Source of the DNA: Octopus vulgaris
Taxonomy: Eukaryota
Length of the DNA: 64,000 nucleotides
Direction: 5' to 3'
NCBI GenBank assembly: GCA_951406725.2
Contig: OX597823.1
Location: 97,960,001 to 98,024,000 of the forward strand
A model generated the notes under the pieces. The model was given only the letters and a program-made list of their open reading frames with translations, made no database searches and was not told the origin of the DNA. Positions 25,446-39,489 of the stretch are shown piece by piece. The translations under genes were made by a program, and so were the position numbers. Each line of letters begins with the position of its first letter. The stretch's first letter is position 1.

Positions 25446-25700
25446 GGTACCTCTTGAGAACAGTGGTACCGGTGCGCGTACTCGCGCATCCGCGCTTGCT
25501 AGTCATGACTAGTCGATCCTTACTTTGTGTTTTTGTGTGTTATTTTGTTTAACAAAAATTATTTACTTTGTGTGAAAAAAATTATTTATTTTGTGTTTTA
25601 TTTACTTTGCTAGGTAGTCGTTGTAGGATCGACTAAGACACAACTAGCTAGCGCGGATGCGCGAGTACGCGCACTGGGACCACTGTTCTCTAGTAGTACC
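25446..25700. mobile_element. MULE/Mutator-like foldback MITE (255 bp) with 9-bp TSD
   Basis: TSD TATACTAAG at 25437-25445 and 25701-25709. Termini GGTAC...GTACC and about 75-bp imperfect GC-rich inverted arms around a T-rich spacer. Confidence 0.85.
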
Positions 25701-27540
25701 TATACTAAGTGCTAATGAACAAACCTCTCGGCCCTTCAGTCACTGTTGCTTTTGCTACACACACGTTTTGAGCTCTGTCTTTCCTGTTTGCATTGCCAAA
25801 CCCATACACAAACGTGAATTTAAATCCAGTCCTGTAAACCTATCTGTCTACATACGAAATAAGACAGATAGATCATGTGGGTGAGAGTTGTTAGGGTCGT
25901 CTAGCTGGTTTTAATTGCATTATACCCACTTATGTGTCTGCTTCGACATTTTATTTCCCCAGCCCTTTTTGTTTACGTTACTTTCTTTAAACCTAAAGTT
26001 GGCTGACTTCGACATACCTGTCACCTTTACTCTATATTCTATCCTTAATCCTCGCTTAACGTCTAAATTTTTATCGAACCTTTAAAAACACGCACACTTC
26101 AATATGTCACTATCTCTAGCACTCCTCATCCTCTTTCTTTTTCTCTTTTCATTTTTCCATTTCATTCGATCTTGATAAATTATTTTGGCTTTCGTAAATA
26201 AATATTTCCTATTTCCAACGTGAATCGAATATTAATTGGTTTATGTCTCCTTTCACTCTGCCATATCAAATTTCTCTGTTAAATCTAAGATTTGTACAGA
26301 ATATGAATGATATAACCATTCTTTAATAAGGGCGATGTCGTTAATAGTTGTCACCTAGAAGAAGACAGGTTTTTTATCTTTTTTAAGCTGGAGGGGTAGA
26401 ATTGCGTCACCAGTTGTCGGACACAAATCTGGAGAGAACTATGGTATCATCATAAAGCGCGATTTATCACATTTGATAGTTTTATATGGGAAAAAATAAA
26501 ATTTTCTCCATAATAGACGTCTTATTTAAATATCAAAAATCAGTTGTCGTAAAAATTTAGAATATAATCAATAAGGGTACCCGGCAATCATGCTGTTATT
26601 TTAGCTACACAAACTGCATTTCTGCTTTAGACTGTTAAACAGTTTTTGTGGGTTCGTAGATTTCTAAGTATTGCAGCTTCAAGTTTTTTTCTTCTTTTTT
26701 TTAACAATATACCATAGAATTAATTTACTGATTATTTTACTTAAAAGGTATTTAAAAGATTGTGCCTTTAATTGGAAAATCACAAAATGTTGATTTGGTA
26801 TGTGTTTGTGTGTGAGTGATTTTTCTCCATGGGTAGCATAACCCGGACATGGTAGGAATGCGGACAATAACAAAAATCAATTAAGCGTATTATTGTATTA
26901 ATGGAAACCCCTTGTTTAGAGCATATTGTTAGGTTACATATTAACAAATTACTGTTTTTATTATAAATAAATTTCTATTGCCGTGTGGTGGTGGTGGGTA
27001 TATTTAAAGCGACATTTTATTTCACTATCCATGCCCTGTCAGTGGCTGCAGTTTGATGATCTAATAACTTGTGTTTTCTTTCCTCGCTCTACATGAAATA
27101 GTGTGTTCATTATTGTTATCGAATTTTTACAAAGAATGGTGGTCTATATCAAAATGCTTTACAATATTTTGTTTCACTTAGCTACCTGAACGGTTGTCGT
27201 TTCAATCAACTTATTTCATTGACCCCACCCCCCAGGAAGGATGACAAACAAGACACTGAAAACCTTTGACTTGTGTACCGGTCAAAATAATGAATGATTC
27301 AGTCCCCTATAGATTTGTGTACTTGTGTCTGTGTAGCAGATCGTCATAACTATTATTATTAAAGTTATTGTTTGCAATGTTGCTATCTAGACACACTCTT
27401 TCGCTAGATTGTGATGAATAAAATCAATGGTTGTCGAGTGAAACAACGTAGGAGGGGTACTATCTTTCTCTCTGTAGTAGTCTCCTTGACTAGTTATAGT
27501 CTGTAAATAGACATAAAGAAAATCCTTATTATTCGATTGA

Positions 27541-27770
27541 AGGCAGTTGTGTGGCAGAAACGGTAGAGTGTCGAGTTTTTAATATACTTTGCTGCGGGTG
27601 AAAGGGTTCCGTTTCTTTACATTCAGAGTTTAAATCCTGCCAGGTTGACTTTGCCTTTTAACCCGGAAAAGGATAGAATAAGTACCAGTCGAGTAAGCAC
27701 TTGGGTGGATTCAGTCGGCCACACCCTTTCCCAAAATGTGTCATCTAGTGTCAATTTCAGAAATAATTAT
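27541..27770 (+). mobile_element. SINE family A, diverged copy
   Basis: CAGAGTTTAAATCCTGCCAGGTTGACTTTGCCTTT...AATAAGTACCAG. Confidence 0.65.
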
Positions 27771-30511
27771 GTGAGAGGATTTTTTTTTTTTTTTTTTACA
27801 AAAAGCTTTTTTTTTCTCTATCTGAAGAAGTAAAAAAAATGGATATTGATTTCTTAAGCATAAAGCGACGACACATTCATTGGAGAAGATTTATATGATT
27901 GTGTGACGTCCATGCCTCTCTGAAGGACATCAGCAGCGAACGTGAAGAGAATTGACTTCAGTCATGAATCGAATCCTCGTCACAGCCTTTCTCCATGACA
28001 CTTGCTTCGATGTTGACTGTGATTAATTAAATAAACATAATAATAATAATAATGATGATGATGATTATAATACTTTAGGTGGAGGCAAAGAAAGTAAGGT
28101 GTGTGATGAACTCTGTTAAACTTGTTTTCGTTTTGTCTGTATTTTTGACAATTTTTTTCTGGATATTTTATTTTGAGAGCCTTAAGAAATTTTAGCTGAC
28201 AAGGGTGGGTCTTTCCCTCTACCCAATTTTTTTTTTCTAGTTTCGCGATCTTTTATTAACATGTGTCTTATGTGAATAACAATTTATCGTTAATGCACTA
28301 GCTCGTGTTTTTTTGCTTGTTTTCTTTTATTTACCATAAATTTTTTAGAAGTTTGGTTCATCTTAATAATCTTTGAGGAACACCATTGTCAGCATCATAT
28401 TAAGCTATCTTTTGCAACCACGAAGAAAAGGTCGACTGGAAAACATTCCGTCTGCTTGCTGCCTTTCTTATTATGCATTCACATATTATGTTATGCCATT
28501 CCTTTTCTAAAAGACCCTTTGGAAATAGATTCCTGATTAATGACACAAAATTTTATCAATACCCTGACGTACGGTTTTCTGTTTTGATGGTTTGTCATCA
28601 GATACGTCGGTGGTGATGGTGAAGTGGTTGTGGTTTATATCACAAATCACAATCTTGTTTCTAAGAGTTTTTATTCTATACAAATCGAGGTAGGTTAACT
28701 GACTGAAACCATTTCACTTATACACTTGACATTTCAGAATCATATATTCAGTTGTTTTCCTATGTTCTAAATAAGAAGAGGCAGTAAATAAGTGTTGGTG
28801 ACAGTGGGGAATTCTTAAAAATAGATTCCTTCAGGAAAGAAAATATTCCCTCCAGATGTGTCGATTTCTCTTTGAAAAATCTATAATTTTTGGTTTCTTG
28901 TAGTTTTCACATTTTTTTTTCTTTTTTCATAGTTTTCAGCTAGAAGGTTAATGAGTGCTTCCATACCTATATAAAGAAAAAGCAACCCACTCCAAACATT
29001 CTTACAGACCCACTTATATGACTTGCTATAGCCTTTTACTTCATTCACTTTTATTTCAATTTATGATTATTTTTTTCCTACATTTTCATAAGTTTAAGAT
29101 TGACATGGGGTGGATAATAACCATCACACATAGCCAAAATCAGAATGAGAACCTAGAATTTTACATTACCTGATTGACCAATATTATGATTTTTATCCTC
29201 AAGTCTATAATTAAATAGTTTTGTTACCTTTCCCAGACAAGTTTATGATGTTATTACAAGCAAACTAAACTATCAAAACTAATAGAACATGGCCATTTTT
29301 GTTTTTAGGGTAAAGAAGTAGTGATTGGGTAAAAATGATCAACTTTTCCACTTATACCCAAATACCTGATCTTATGTTCTATGATATAGAAATGATAAAT
29401 TGAAATTAATCTGATAGCTTGATTTTAAACTGTGCACTGTAAATTGACCTTTTTATCTTTTATTTACTTTAGTTATTTAGGTAACTATGTTTCCTGATTA
29501 CTGAAGACAGAGAAGCGTATTATTAATTTACTGGTTTTTGTCTGTCAGTTCTGGCTATTGTTGTTGAAAATTATAGTATCTTGATAGTAATTGACATTTT
29601 GGATTCATTCAGCTTTTACTACTGTTACTACAATGGACTCTTTTCTTGTAAACTAACTTGTTTACTGCCTCTCTACTTTGTACTATTCATATAGTTTGTA
29701 TTTCAATGACCTGCATCAGATATTTTATTTGATTCTTCTTTATCAAAAGTATTTCATGTGGAAGTCTTCTCCACCCTGTTTGCTCCTGCACAAATATTAA
29801 CCCAACTCTCAGACTTTCTTAGAAATAATGAACGTATAATATTTCATCTGGTTATTTGTCCTTAATTGCTCAATTCATGTAAAGCTCTGAATTGTGTTAT
29901 TATTTCATTTATTTTGCCAATTGCTCCTTTCAGAGACTGATTGTCTCATATAGCTGTGGAATGTACATAAGGATTTGTGGTGAAGGATCCTGGTCAAATG
30001 AGGCTCAATCAACAGAACCTCCACATCGTTTTTTTTTTTTGCTTGCTTTTACATATTGAGGCTGTATTTTACAGCAAAATGCTCTTCCTGTTGCCAACCC
30101 TTACTTGTGTTTGAAGTAAGGTATTTTTATTCTATTGATCTGTAAACATTGAGACTACAACACTCTGAGACATTGTTTACTGAAAATGTAAACTAGTATC
30201 ACTGTTTCTGATCAAACCGTATATCAGTTGAAGACATGTGGAAACAACACACACACACACACACAAAGTATTAATCAACACAAGCTATGGCTATATTAGA
30301 TATTTTCTGAAAATGCCATGCAGTGGGATGGAACCCAAAACCTCATGGTTGCAAAATAAAATCCACAACCACACTTAAATATTCTTTGATTAACTTTACA
30401 ATGGTTTAAGTGTATTAAGGTGGTAGTGTTGATACAAATGGCATTGACTTGATGCTTTGTGTTGTCTTGTCTAGATTTTCATTGTTCTGAGATCAATCAA
30501 ATCTTGCTTAA

Positions 30512-30731
30512 CCCTTTAGTGTTTAAACCGGCCATATCAGGCCAAAATAGTCTTCCTGTTTTATGCTCAAACCAGCCAGCTCTGACCTCTCACACCTACC
30601 CTACAAAGTCAGTCTAAAAATAAACAGGGGCATCATCAAAATCCCAGAGTTACAAGATGCTGTACAATTAATTTAAAACAATGTAATTAAACAGGCTTTA
30701 CATTTGACAGATTAATCTGAATGCTAAAGGG
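30512..30731. mobile_element. piggyBac-like MITE
   Basis: TTAA on both sides (30508-30511, 30732-30735) and termini CCCTTTAG...CTAAAGGG. Confidence 0.8.
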
Positions 30732-31732
30732 TTAAGTCAACCTTGTCTTTCATCTTTTTAGGTAGGATCAATAAATAAAAATATGTACTTGTAATATACT
30801 TAAAATGAAAATTTCTTTTAAAAGATAGTACTTAACTCTGTTATTAGCATTAAGCAGATGAAAGAAAATCTAGGTTGGATGCTGGTCTAGTTTGGGTAAC
30901 AATCTCGAAGAACACAATCCTTATTCTCAACAGTTTGGTCGATAGGCTTGCAGAAGTAAATTCTATTGGCCAAATACACAAAGTAGGTTTGAACTTAGAA
31001 ACCCCTGAGCTTGTTGTCCAATACCATATCCACTTCCTACCTGTAATATACTTAGCCATCTCATTAAGTTTACACTTTCCTGTTAAAATCCTCTCCTAAA
31101 CCATTTTAGCAACACTGATATGTGATAACAATATTCCTTTGTAAATCTCACCTAAACTTTGTAGACTATCAATTATTCTATGTAAGATAGTTCTAGATAT
31201 GACAAAAAGTGGTTTGCACACGTGGATATAATTTTTTTTTATTTTACTAGAATATATTTTTCACATATTTTAACCTTTGTATGAAATGTAATGTCTTATG
31301 AGAAAGAGTACTGTAAGGAGAAAAGGAAAGAATCACATAATGTCTTGTAAATAACTTTATGACTTTCAACAAACTGTTATTATGGGAAAACTTCTAGTTC
31401 CACTTGCTCCTCTGCAATATCTGTCGACTTTCTAAATGTTTTATGTGTATGGGTGTGTGTGTGTACACAGACCCACACTTTATCAACAACTGTCTTCTCT
31501 GAACGTACTTACCCTTTGGAGTAAGTTTTCATCACCTCACATAGTTGTCTTATTTTGACTAGATATTATCATCATTGTTTTTAAACATCCCAGATAATAT
31601 TTCCCCATGCCCAGACATGCTTTTGCAGAATATTGAAAATAAATGACGTTCATTTACAACAATTATGTAATGTCAAGACAAGAAGAGAGACACGCATGCA
31701 TGCATGCATGTACATAACAGATTTCTTTTAGT

Positions 31733-31915
31733 TTCTTATTTCTTTACTGCCCACAAGGGGCTACACACAGAGGGGACAAACAAGGACAGACAAACGGATT
31801 AAGTCGATTATAACAACCCCAGTGCGTAACTGGTACTTATTTAATCGACCCCAAAAGAATGAAAGGCAAAGTCGACCTCGGCGGAATCTGAACTCAGAAC
31901 GTAGCGGCAGACGAA
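31733..31915 (-). mobile_element. SINE family A, 5'-truncated
   Basis: Near-identical to the copy at 16152-16382. Confidence 0.82.
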
Positions 31916-32859
31916 GTACCTTACTAAGGTCAACTTTGCTGTTCATCCTTTGTGGTTGTGGGGGAGGATGATAAAAAAAACAAACTTCAGTCTAGAACTT
32001 TCATCATCATTATCTTCATTTAACGTCCATCTTCCATGCATGTATGGATAGGACTGTTGACAGGAGCCGGCCAAGTTGATGTTTTGGCAGGGATTTTACA
32101 ACTGGATGCCCTTCCTAACACCAACCACTCCACAGAGTGAACTCAGTGCTTTTTATGTGGCGAGATTAGTTTTGGCATGATTTTTACAGTTGGATGCCCT
32201 TTCAAACACCAACCACGTTACAGTGTGGACTGGATGCTTTTAACAGGGCACCAGTACTGGCAGAGTCACCAAGTAACTTGCAAGACAAGGAATTATGAGA
32301 GAGGTAAAGGTACTTGAGGAAGGGAACTTGTGACAGAAGATGAAAGGCTAGAATGAGACAAAGAGACAGAAGCAGGTATCTTGTCACAACAGAGGTGATC
32401 CAGTATCAGATGAAGAATGAGACAGAGAAATAGAGAGGTGCCTTGTTATAGAGGAGGAACATGGTTACCCAGTGAGAGAGAAAGAGAGAGAGAGTGAGTG
32501 AAAGAAAGAAAGAAGCCAGAAACAAGTGTGTTGATGTAAAGGAGATACTTGGTTACCTAGTCAGAGGAAAAACAAGGAGAGAGAGAGTAGAAAGCAGTAA
32601 AAAGTGTAAGAGAGAGCAGAAGAGAGATGGTGTAGTGGTAGGGTCTACTCACAAGTAACCAGGGTCTGAGCATAGAACCGGGTTACAAAAATAGGGTATG
32701 GGTGGGTTTAAAGCTATACAGTGAGCAGGGCATCCAAGTCAAGAAAGGGGATTGGAAAACAATCATAGTTTATGAAGAGGAAATGTGAATAAGAGAAAGC
32801 TACAGTTTAGAAGAAGAGATGTAGTTTGGCTTCTTAGGGTAGAATGGGTGAAAAGTGGG

Positions 32860-34360
32860 TGAACACAACTCTTCTAGCACTCAGTTTTGTGGATGGGTCT
32901 TCTCTAGAACTTCATATTGCCAAACATCTCAGTCTATTGTCATTTCCTCTGTGAGCCCCAATGTCCTAAGATCGGTCCTCATCACTTAATCCCATATCTT
33001 CCTGGGTCTCCCTTTTCCACAGGTACCATCCACTTTCAATGACAGGCACTTCTGTATACAGCTGTCTTCACTCATATATATCACATGCCCAAACCAACAC
33101 ATTCTCCTCTCCTGCATACCATATTTAACCCCTCTTATGCCTAACATTATGCTTTGTTGGTCGTGCACACTGATGTTGCAAATCCAATGGAGCATACCAC
33201 CTTCATTTCTCTTAAGTCGGTGCATGTTCTCAGCAGTCAGAGCCCATGTCTCACTACCATGTAACATAGCTGTTCTCACACAAGTATCATACAATCTACC
33301 TTTTATTCTGAGTGAGAGTCCTTTTGCTGCCAACAGAGGTAGTAGCTCTCTGAACTTCCTCCATCCTATTCTCATTCTAGAAACAATACTTAGTACTTAT
33401 TGTTCCTCTGCATCTGCCACACGAACGCGACCTTATCTGATAACCTACCAACAATTCTACTGCATCTCTTATGCATTCATAGCTTATACTTGGTGCAACA
33501 AATGGAATTACATTATCTTGGCAGTGATACCTAACGGTCCAAGTGCTTTCCTCATTTTCTTAATAGTGTTATCTATTATGCTGCTATCCACTCTGATGGC
33601 TGGTTCCTCAATTGGTTCAATATTTGAAAGACTCCTTCTCCCAATCATTCTCCACACTTAACAACCACTCATAATGGCATCTCCACGCTTCTTTCTTCTC
33701 TGAGTCACTAACCACAAGCATACCATCATCCATTCACACACATTTCTCACCTACCACATCTCTATTCTCTCTGATACACTGATTTGCAATCCTAAACACC
33801 TCATGCTGTATAACATTGGCAAACTTCTTACCTTTTGCTATTCCTTTCGCTTTGTAAACCGGTTGTCTAGCCTCCCTTCTGGCTCTTTGATTTGCTTCCA
33901 CCGTTCTTCCAGTCTTTCCAGGCTTATCTCTTTGCTTTTATAGCCCAGTCCACCTCCTTGTTCTGCCATCAAGTCACCCTTAGCCTAGCTGGGACTTTGC
34001 ACCAACCACAGATTTGGTCAGTGGCACCCAGTAAATTGTTCCACAGGAACTTCCAGTTGTCCTCTAAGCTATATGTCCTCATCCTTCTCTCTATCATCAG
34101 AGGCTTCCAGTAGAATGTCTCTAAACCTTTGTTGGTTTACTGTGTCGTCTTCTTTTCCAGTGTGGTTTATATCTTTGAGTCTTTCTAGCCTTAATTCTGA
34201 AGTCACTAACTAGTAGCCTATGTTGGGGTGTACACTCGTCACCTGGAAAAGATTTCACATTTATGAGCATCAGCCTGTCTCGTTGCCTGGTGAAGAGGTA
34301 ATCAACCTGGTTTATATTCCCACCAGACTGATAAGTAATTAGGTGGCTGGCTGGCTTTTT
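32860..34360 (-). mobile_element. RTE LINE relic: endonuclease end, linker and C-terminus, with the RT core deleted
   Basis: Minus-strand HLITYQSG...VKSFPGDECTPQHRLL (APE end) and ORF 32986-33375 AMLHGSETW...GRPRKIWD. Confidence 0.8.
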
Positions 34361-35040
34361 AAAGTTAGTGTTTCAGATCATGAGATCATTTGCATCACAG
34401 AACTTTGGGTTGGTAGAACAGTAAAAACATTGGACTGGATGCCTCATAGTGTTTGGTCTAGCTCTTTCTCTTCTGAGTTCAAATCCCATCCTGACCTAGT
34501 TAAATTGTGTAGATTTAATCCATTACCTGGTTTAATACCACGACTTGACACTTTGGAAACCCTTAGAGGAGTCTATTTTGTTGCAAGTATTTGGGCCAAA
34601 TCCCTGGTTTGAAGATAACAACCTGCCTTCTACTGGAGGCCCTGTAAAGTATCACAGGTACTGACCTCCTCTCCTGACTAATAGATAAAAAGAAAATTGA
34701 GGAGTGGAAACTAGTTAATTCATGTGGAATTTGAACTTATAACTGAGAGAGATAAAACTAAATTCTCTAATGCACTTAACCTTTTTGATACAAATTTGTC
34801 TGAGACTACCTCTAACTTTTAAAGTTTTCTATCATAATTTTATGTAACAGCTACCCATTGAGTTCCAGACACCAGTTTAATAATGAGAAGGTCACTTGTT
34901 TTACTAAATCCTTCCAAAATTTTGATCATTTTCAAAATCAATTGAAACTCATTGGTAGTGTGTCTCATTAGAAATATGATAACGAAACTCTTCTTTTCCA
35001 ACCAACTCCATCGATTTAGATTAAATTTTTCTATCATATA

Positions 35041-36776
35041 TCATCATCATCATTTAACGTCCGCTTTCCATGCTAGCATGGGTTGGACGATTTGACTGAG
35101 GACTGGCGAACCAGATGGCTGCACCAGGCTCCAATCTGATCTGGCAGAGTTTCTACAGCTGGATGCCCTTCCTAACACCAACCACTCCGAGAGTGTAGTG
35201 GGTGCTTTTACGTGCCACCAGCACAAGGGCCACTCAGGCAGTACTAGCACAACGGCTATGCTCAAATGGTGTTTTTTACATGCCACCTGCACAGGAGCCA
35301 GTCCAGTGGCACTGGCAACGACCTCGCTTAAATGTTTTTTCACATGCCAGTAAGGGGACACTGGTAACAATCACGCTCAAATGGTGCTTTTTACGTGCCA
35401 CCAGCATGGAAGCCAGTCAGCTGCTCTGGCATTGATCACACTTGGATGGTGCTCTTAGCGTTCCACTAGCACGGATGCCAGTCATTGAATTTGATTTCGA
35501 TTTCAATTTCACTTGCCTCAACAGGTCTTTGCAAGCAGAGTTTAGTGTCCAATGAAGGAACAGTATGCATAAGTGGGCTGGTTACACCCCTGGCATAGGC
35601 CACAGGTTATGGTCTCACTAAGCTTGCCAGGTCTTCTCAAGCACAGCATATTTCCAAAGGTCTCAGTTGCTAGTCATTGCCTGGGTGAGGCCTAATGTTC
35701 GAAGGTCGTGCTTCACCACCTCGTCCCAGGTTTTCCTGGGTCTACCTCTTCCACAGGTTCCCTCAGCGGCTAGGGTGTGGCACTTTTTCACACAGCTATC
35801 CTCGTCCATTCTCGCCACATGACCATACCAGCGCAGTCATCTCTCTTGCACTCCACATCTAATGCTTCTTAGGTCCAACTTTTCTCTCAAGGTACTTACA
35901 CTCTGTCAAGTATGCACACTGACATTATGCATCCATTGGAGCATACTTGCTTCATTCCTTGCAAGCTTACACGTGTCCTTAGCAGACACAGCCCATGTTT
36001 CAGTGCCATGCAGCATGGCTGTTTGTACACATGTATCATACAGTCTACCTTTTACTCTGAGTGAGAGGCCTTTTGTCACCAGCAGAGGTAAGAGCTCTCT
36101 GAACCTTGCCCAGGCTATTCTTATTCTAGCAGCTACACTTTCAGCGCACCCTCCCCCACTACTGACTTGGTCACCCAGGTAACAGAAGCTATCAACTACT
36201 AGTTTTTCTCTCTGGAATGTGGCGGAATCTCTGAACATTTTCAGTGTTTATTGCTCCTGAGCATCTGCTACATACAAAAACTATCTTCCCAGTTAGCCTT
36301 CCTTTGATATTGCTGCACCTCTTATGTGTCCATAGCTTACACTGGGTACATCTTATAGAGTTTCTACCTACGCCTATTCTACAGATCAAGCAGGGCCATC
36401 TACCTGAAGGGATTTGTGATTTGTCTGCCTTCCTACTTATTAGGACTTTGGTTTTAGCTAGGTTGACTCTAAGGCCCTTCGATTCTAATCCTTGTTTCCA
36501 CTCCTGAAACTTCTTCTCTAGTTCTGAAAGTGACTCAGCAATTAGAGCAAGGTCGTTAGCATAGAAGAGCTCCCAGGGGCATCCTTTTTTGAATTCCTCT
36601 GTTATTGCCTGGAGGACTATGATTAATAGTAGGGGGCTGAGGACTGAACCTTGGTGGACCCCTACCTCTATCCAGAATTCTTCACTGTACTCGTTGTCAA
36701 CCCTCACCTTACTGACAGTGTCCCTGTACATGGCTTGCACAGCTCACACTAACCATTCATCTATCCCTAGTTTCCT
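35041..36776 (-). mobile_element. 5'-truncated RTE LINE with full 3' tail
   Basis: ORFs 36192-36740 (GVHQGSVLSPLL, YANDL as decayed YADD) and 35906-36238, followed by the tandem-unit tail ending (GAT)n at 35041. Confidence 0.92.
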
Positions 36777-36821
36777 GACACACTTATATACATCCATTCA
36801 TACATATATATATATATATAT

Positions 36822-37120
36822 CACCACCATGACCGACCAGGCTATCAGATGTTGCTACACATCGCTGGTCACAATGCGCTTCGCATTGTTTTAGTCTTCA
36901 AATGATGCCACCCCGCTGGCTAAGCAAGCAGGCCAACAGAAGAAAGAGTGAGAGAAAGTCGTGGTGAAAGATTACAGCTGGGATCGCCACCACCCCCTGG
37001 CGGAGCCTCGTGGAGCTTTAGGTGTTTTCACTCAATAAACAATCACAACGCCCGGTTTGGGAATCAAAACCGCGATCCTACGACCGCGAGTCCACTGCCC
37101 TAACCACTGGGCCATTGCGC

Positions 37121-37123
<3 letters not shown>
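36822..37123 (-). mobile_element. tRNA-derived SINE family C inserted in (TA)n
   Basis: Minus head GAGGCGCAATGGCCCAGTGGTTAGGGCAG...GGTTTTGATTCCC (A-box and degenerate B-box), CpG-rich body, (TA)n on both flanks. Confidence 0.8.
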
Positions 37124-37163
<40 letters not shown>

Positions 37164-37544
37164 TACACATACACACACACAAACTCTGAAATTGAAAATG
37201 AAATTGTTTTCTTACATATTTATTATGATTGATTAATGAACATATTTTTATCAAATCAAGATTGGAAGTTTGCTCAAAATATATCTGACATTGATGTGTA
37301 CACAGATCTCACATGCATTCTTTTATTGTTTATAGATCAAAATTTATAAGTACTGTTGCCTGAGAGGAGTGTTATACTAGACGTTATAATGAGCAATCTT
37401 TTGAAATAGAAGTCAACAAGCTAAATTCTCTGCAGTGTTCAGTTTGTTACTGTATCAGCTAATCTCTTTTAACTCTTTACTAACTATCTGGTCATTAAGA
37501 ATGAAATGTCTGATTTTGAACTGAAAGTTTATTTTACTTTATCT

Positions 37545-38350
37545 CAACAAAAAGCAATGCAGTTAATCAAATTATACACCTAAATTATCAACACAATTTT
37601 GCCATTCTATCAGTAGCTTATTTATGCCAGCAGCAAAGAATTCTGAAGAGCAAAATGTGATGAAATCACAAAAAGCTCTTTTTGAATCTTCACATTTGAA
37701 GTGTTTTCCTTGCAAAAAGTTGTCTAATGCCTGGAAAATGTGATAGTCAGTTGGTGTCAGGTCTGGTGAATTTGGTGGATGACAGAGTACTTCCAAGTTC
37801 ACTTCCTGTAACTCGGGTAGCAATCTTTATGCAACATGTGGTCAAGGATTGTCCTGTCTCTTTTTACCAATCTTGGTTGTTTAGTTGCAAGTTCACTCAT
37901 CATTTCATCCAATTGGTTGATGTATACATCTGCTGTAGTTGACTTATCAGGTCTCATGAAGCTGTAGTGGATGACACCAGCACTAGACCACCAGACACCA
38001 TTAGCTTTTTTTAGTGAATATTCTTTTTTGGATTGTGTTTTGGCACTTTGTATCCAACCACCATGCAGAACGCTTGCTGTTGTTGAAAAGAATCCATTTT
38101 TCATCACATGCAAAAAATGGTTCTCTTTTATGCCATAATAACAAAGCACAGCAAGTTTCAAGACAACATGTCATTTGGTGCTTGTTCTGTTCGTGTGGTA
38201 CCCACTTGTCCCACTTCTTTACCTTGCCGATTTTGTTTCAGTTGGAATCAAAACATCAAACCCTGCTGCTAACTCATGCATAGTTTGAGATGTATCCACT
38301 TCTGCTACAGTTTCCAGCTCATTGTTATCCACTTTGGTCTGAGATCTACT
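37545..38350 (-). mobile_element. Mariner transposase relic
   Basis: VWWSSAGVIHYSF...YINQLDEM and HPPNSPDLTPTDYHIFQALDNFLQGK (YSPDL-type motif); frameshifted. Confidence 0.87.
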
Positions 38351-39489
38351 AGGGGGATTTTGGTGTGTATATACTAAAGTGTTTAAGAATAAGTACCTGT
38401 TTGGTTTTGGCTAAAAATGTAAGATTTTGTTTAAAGACAATTTACTTTTTATTGAAAGATCAGTTAAAAATGAAAGGGAATAGCTGAAACAAAATGCATA
38501 TCAGTCAAACCAGTAATGCATTGATGCATCCAACTGTATGCTCACTAGCAAACTTAATACCAAAGGCATATTCTTCTGCTGTGAAAGATCATCTAGAATA
38601 TTAGATTAGGTCAGTTATTGCACTGAAAATATTGAAGGCTACAGAGTTATAGAAAAATGATTTTATACAAATGTCTAGTAGAATGAGAAAAATTGTGTCT
38701 TATTAGCATTTTTTTTTTCTGTGTGGAAGCCAAACAAGTCTCTCTGGGCTTGCACTTTGACTTGTGTATGGTTTCTTTCCTCTTTTTAAGCTGATGCCTC
38801 TTCCTGTTGGGACAATACTTATTTTCATTTAGGCTTTCTAAAACCATCATTACTCTGTGTTTTGCTTAAAGGTACTTATTTCAACTTGTGTTCTTGTAGT
38901 CAATAGTCCAGAACTGCCTTATAGTCACTGTTTTTTAAACAGATTGGATGGTGCTTTTTACATGCTTCTGTGAGACCCAACATTCGAAGGTCATGCTTGA
39001 CCACCTCATCCCATGTCTTCCTGGGTCTACCTCTACCCCAGATTCCTTCAGCTGTTTGGGAGTGGCACTTCTTCACACATCTCTCCTCATAAAAGTTAAA
39101 TTATTTTTCTTGATCCTTTAAAAATTTATTCAAATGCGCTATTTTGAAGCTTGTGGCTAGCAGATTGTAGCAAAAGTCACCTCACTCTGTTCTTGGGACT
39201 GTATTCATATCTACTGCAGGTATTTTGCTGCTTTTAAACTAATCATTTAATTCTTCAAACTTTAGTTCATGTAGCTACTGTGAGTATATGCAGCAGACCT
39301 TTAAGGAGTATTACTTGCAATTGACTGCTGTTTATTGAGAGGTTTGTCTTGTCTGCTTGATGTTACTTAATCTGAAAATGACCACTAACATTATGAGCCG
39401 TTGTGGAACATAGAGAGAGCATTAGCAATTGCCAGGCTCTGCATTTTTCCTTTTTGTGCTTTAAAGTTGAACAGGGTGTGATTTCATTA

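Noticed and set aside
28103-28199. Box C/D snoRNA candidate (GTGATGA...CTGA)
   Set aside because: No convincing terminal stem, internal boxes or recognisable guide. Such motifs are expected by chance.
28561-28612. Minus-strand CTGATGA...GAAA with flanking GACGTA/TACGTC pairing (hammerhead candidate)
   Set aside because: The segment between the two core motifs cannot form stem II, and stem III/NUH are not properly placed.
37040-37123. tRNA gene on the minus strand
   Set aside because: Degenerate B-box, no clean acceptor stem, and it continues into a 230-bp body. It is a SINE head.
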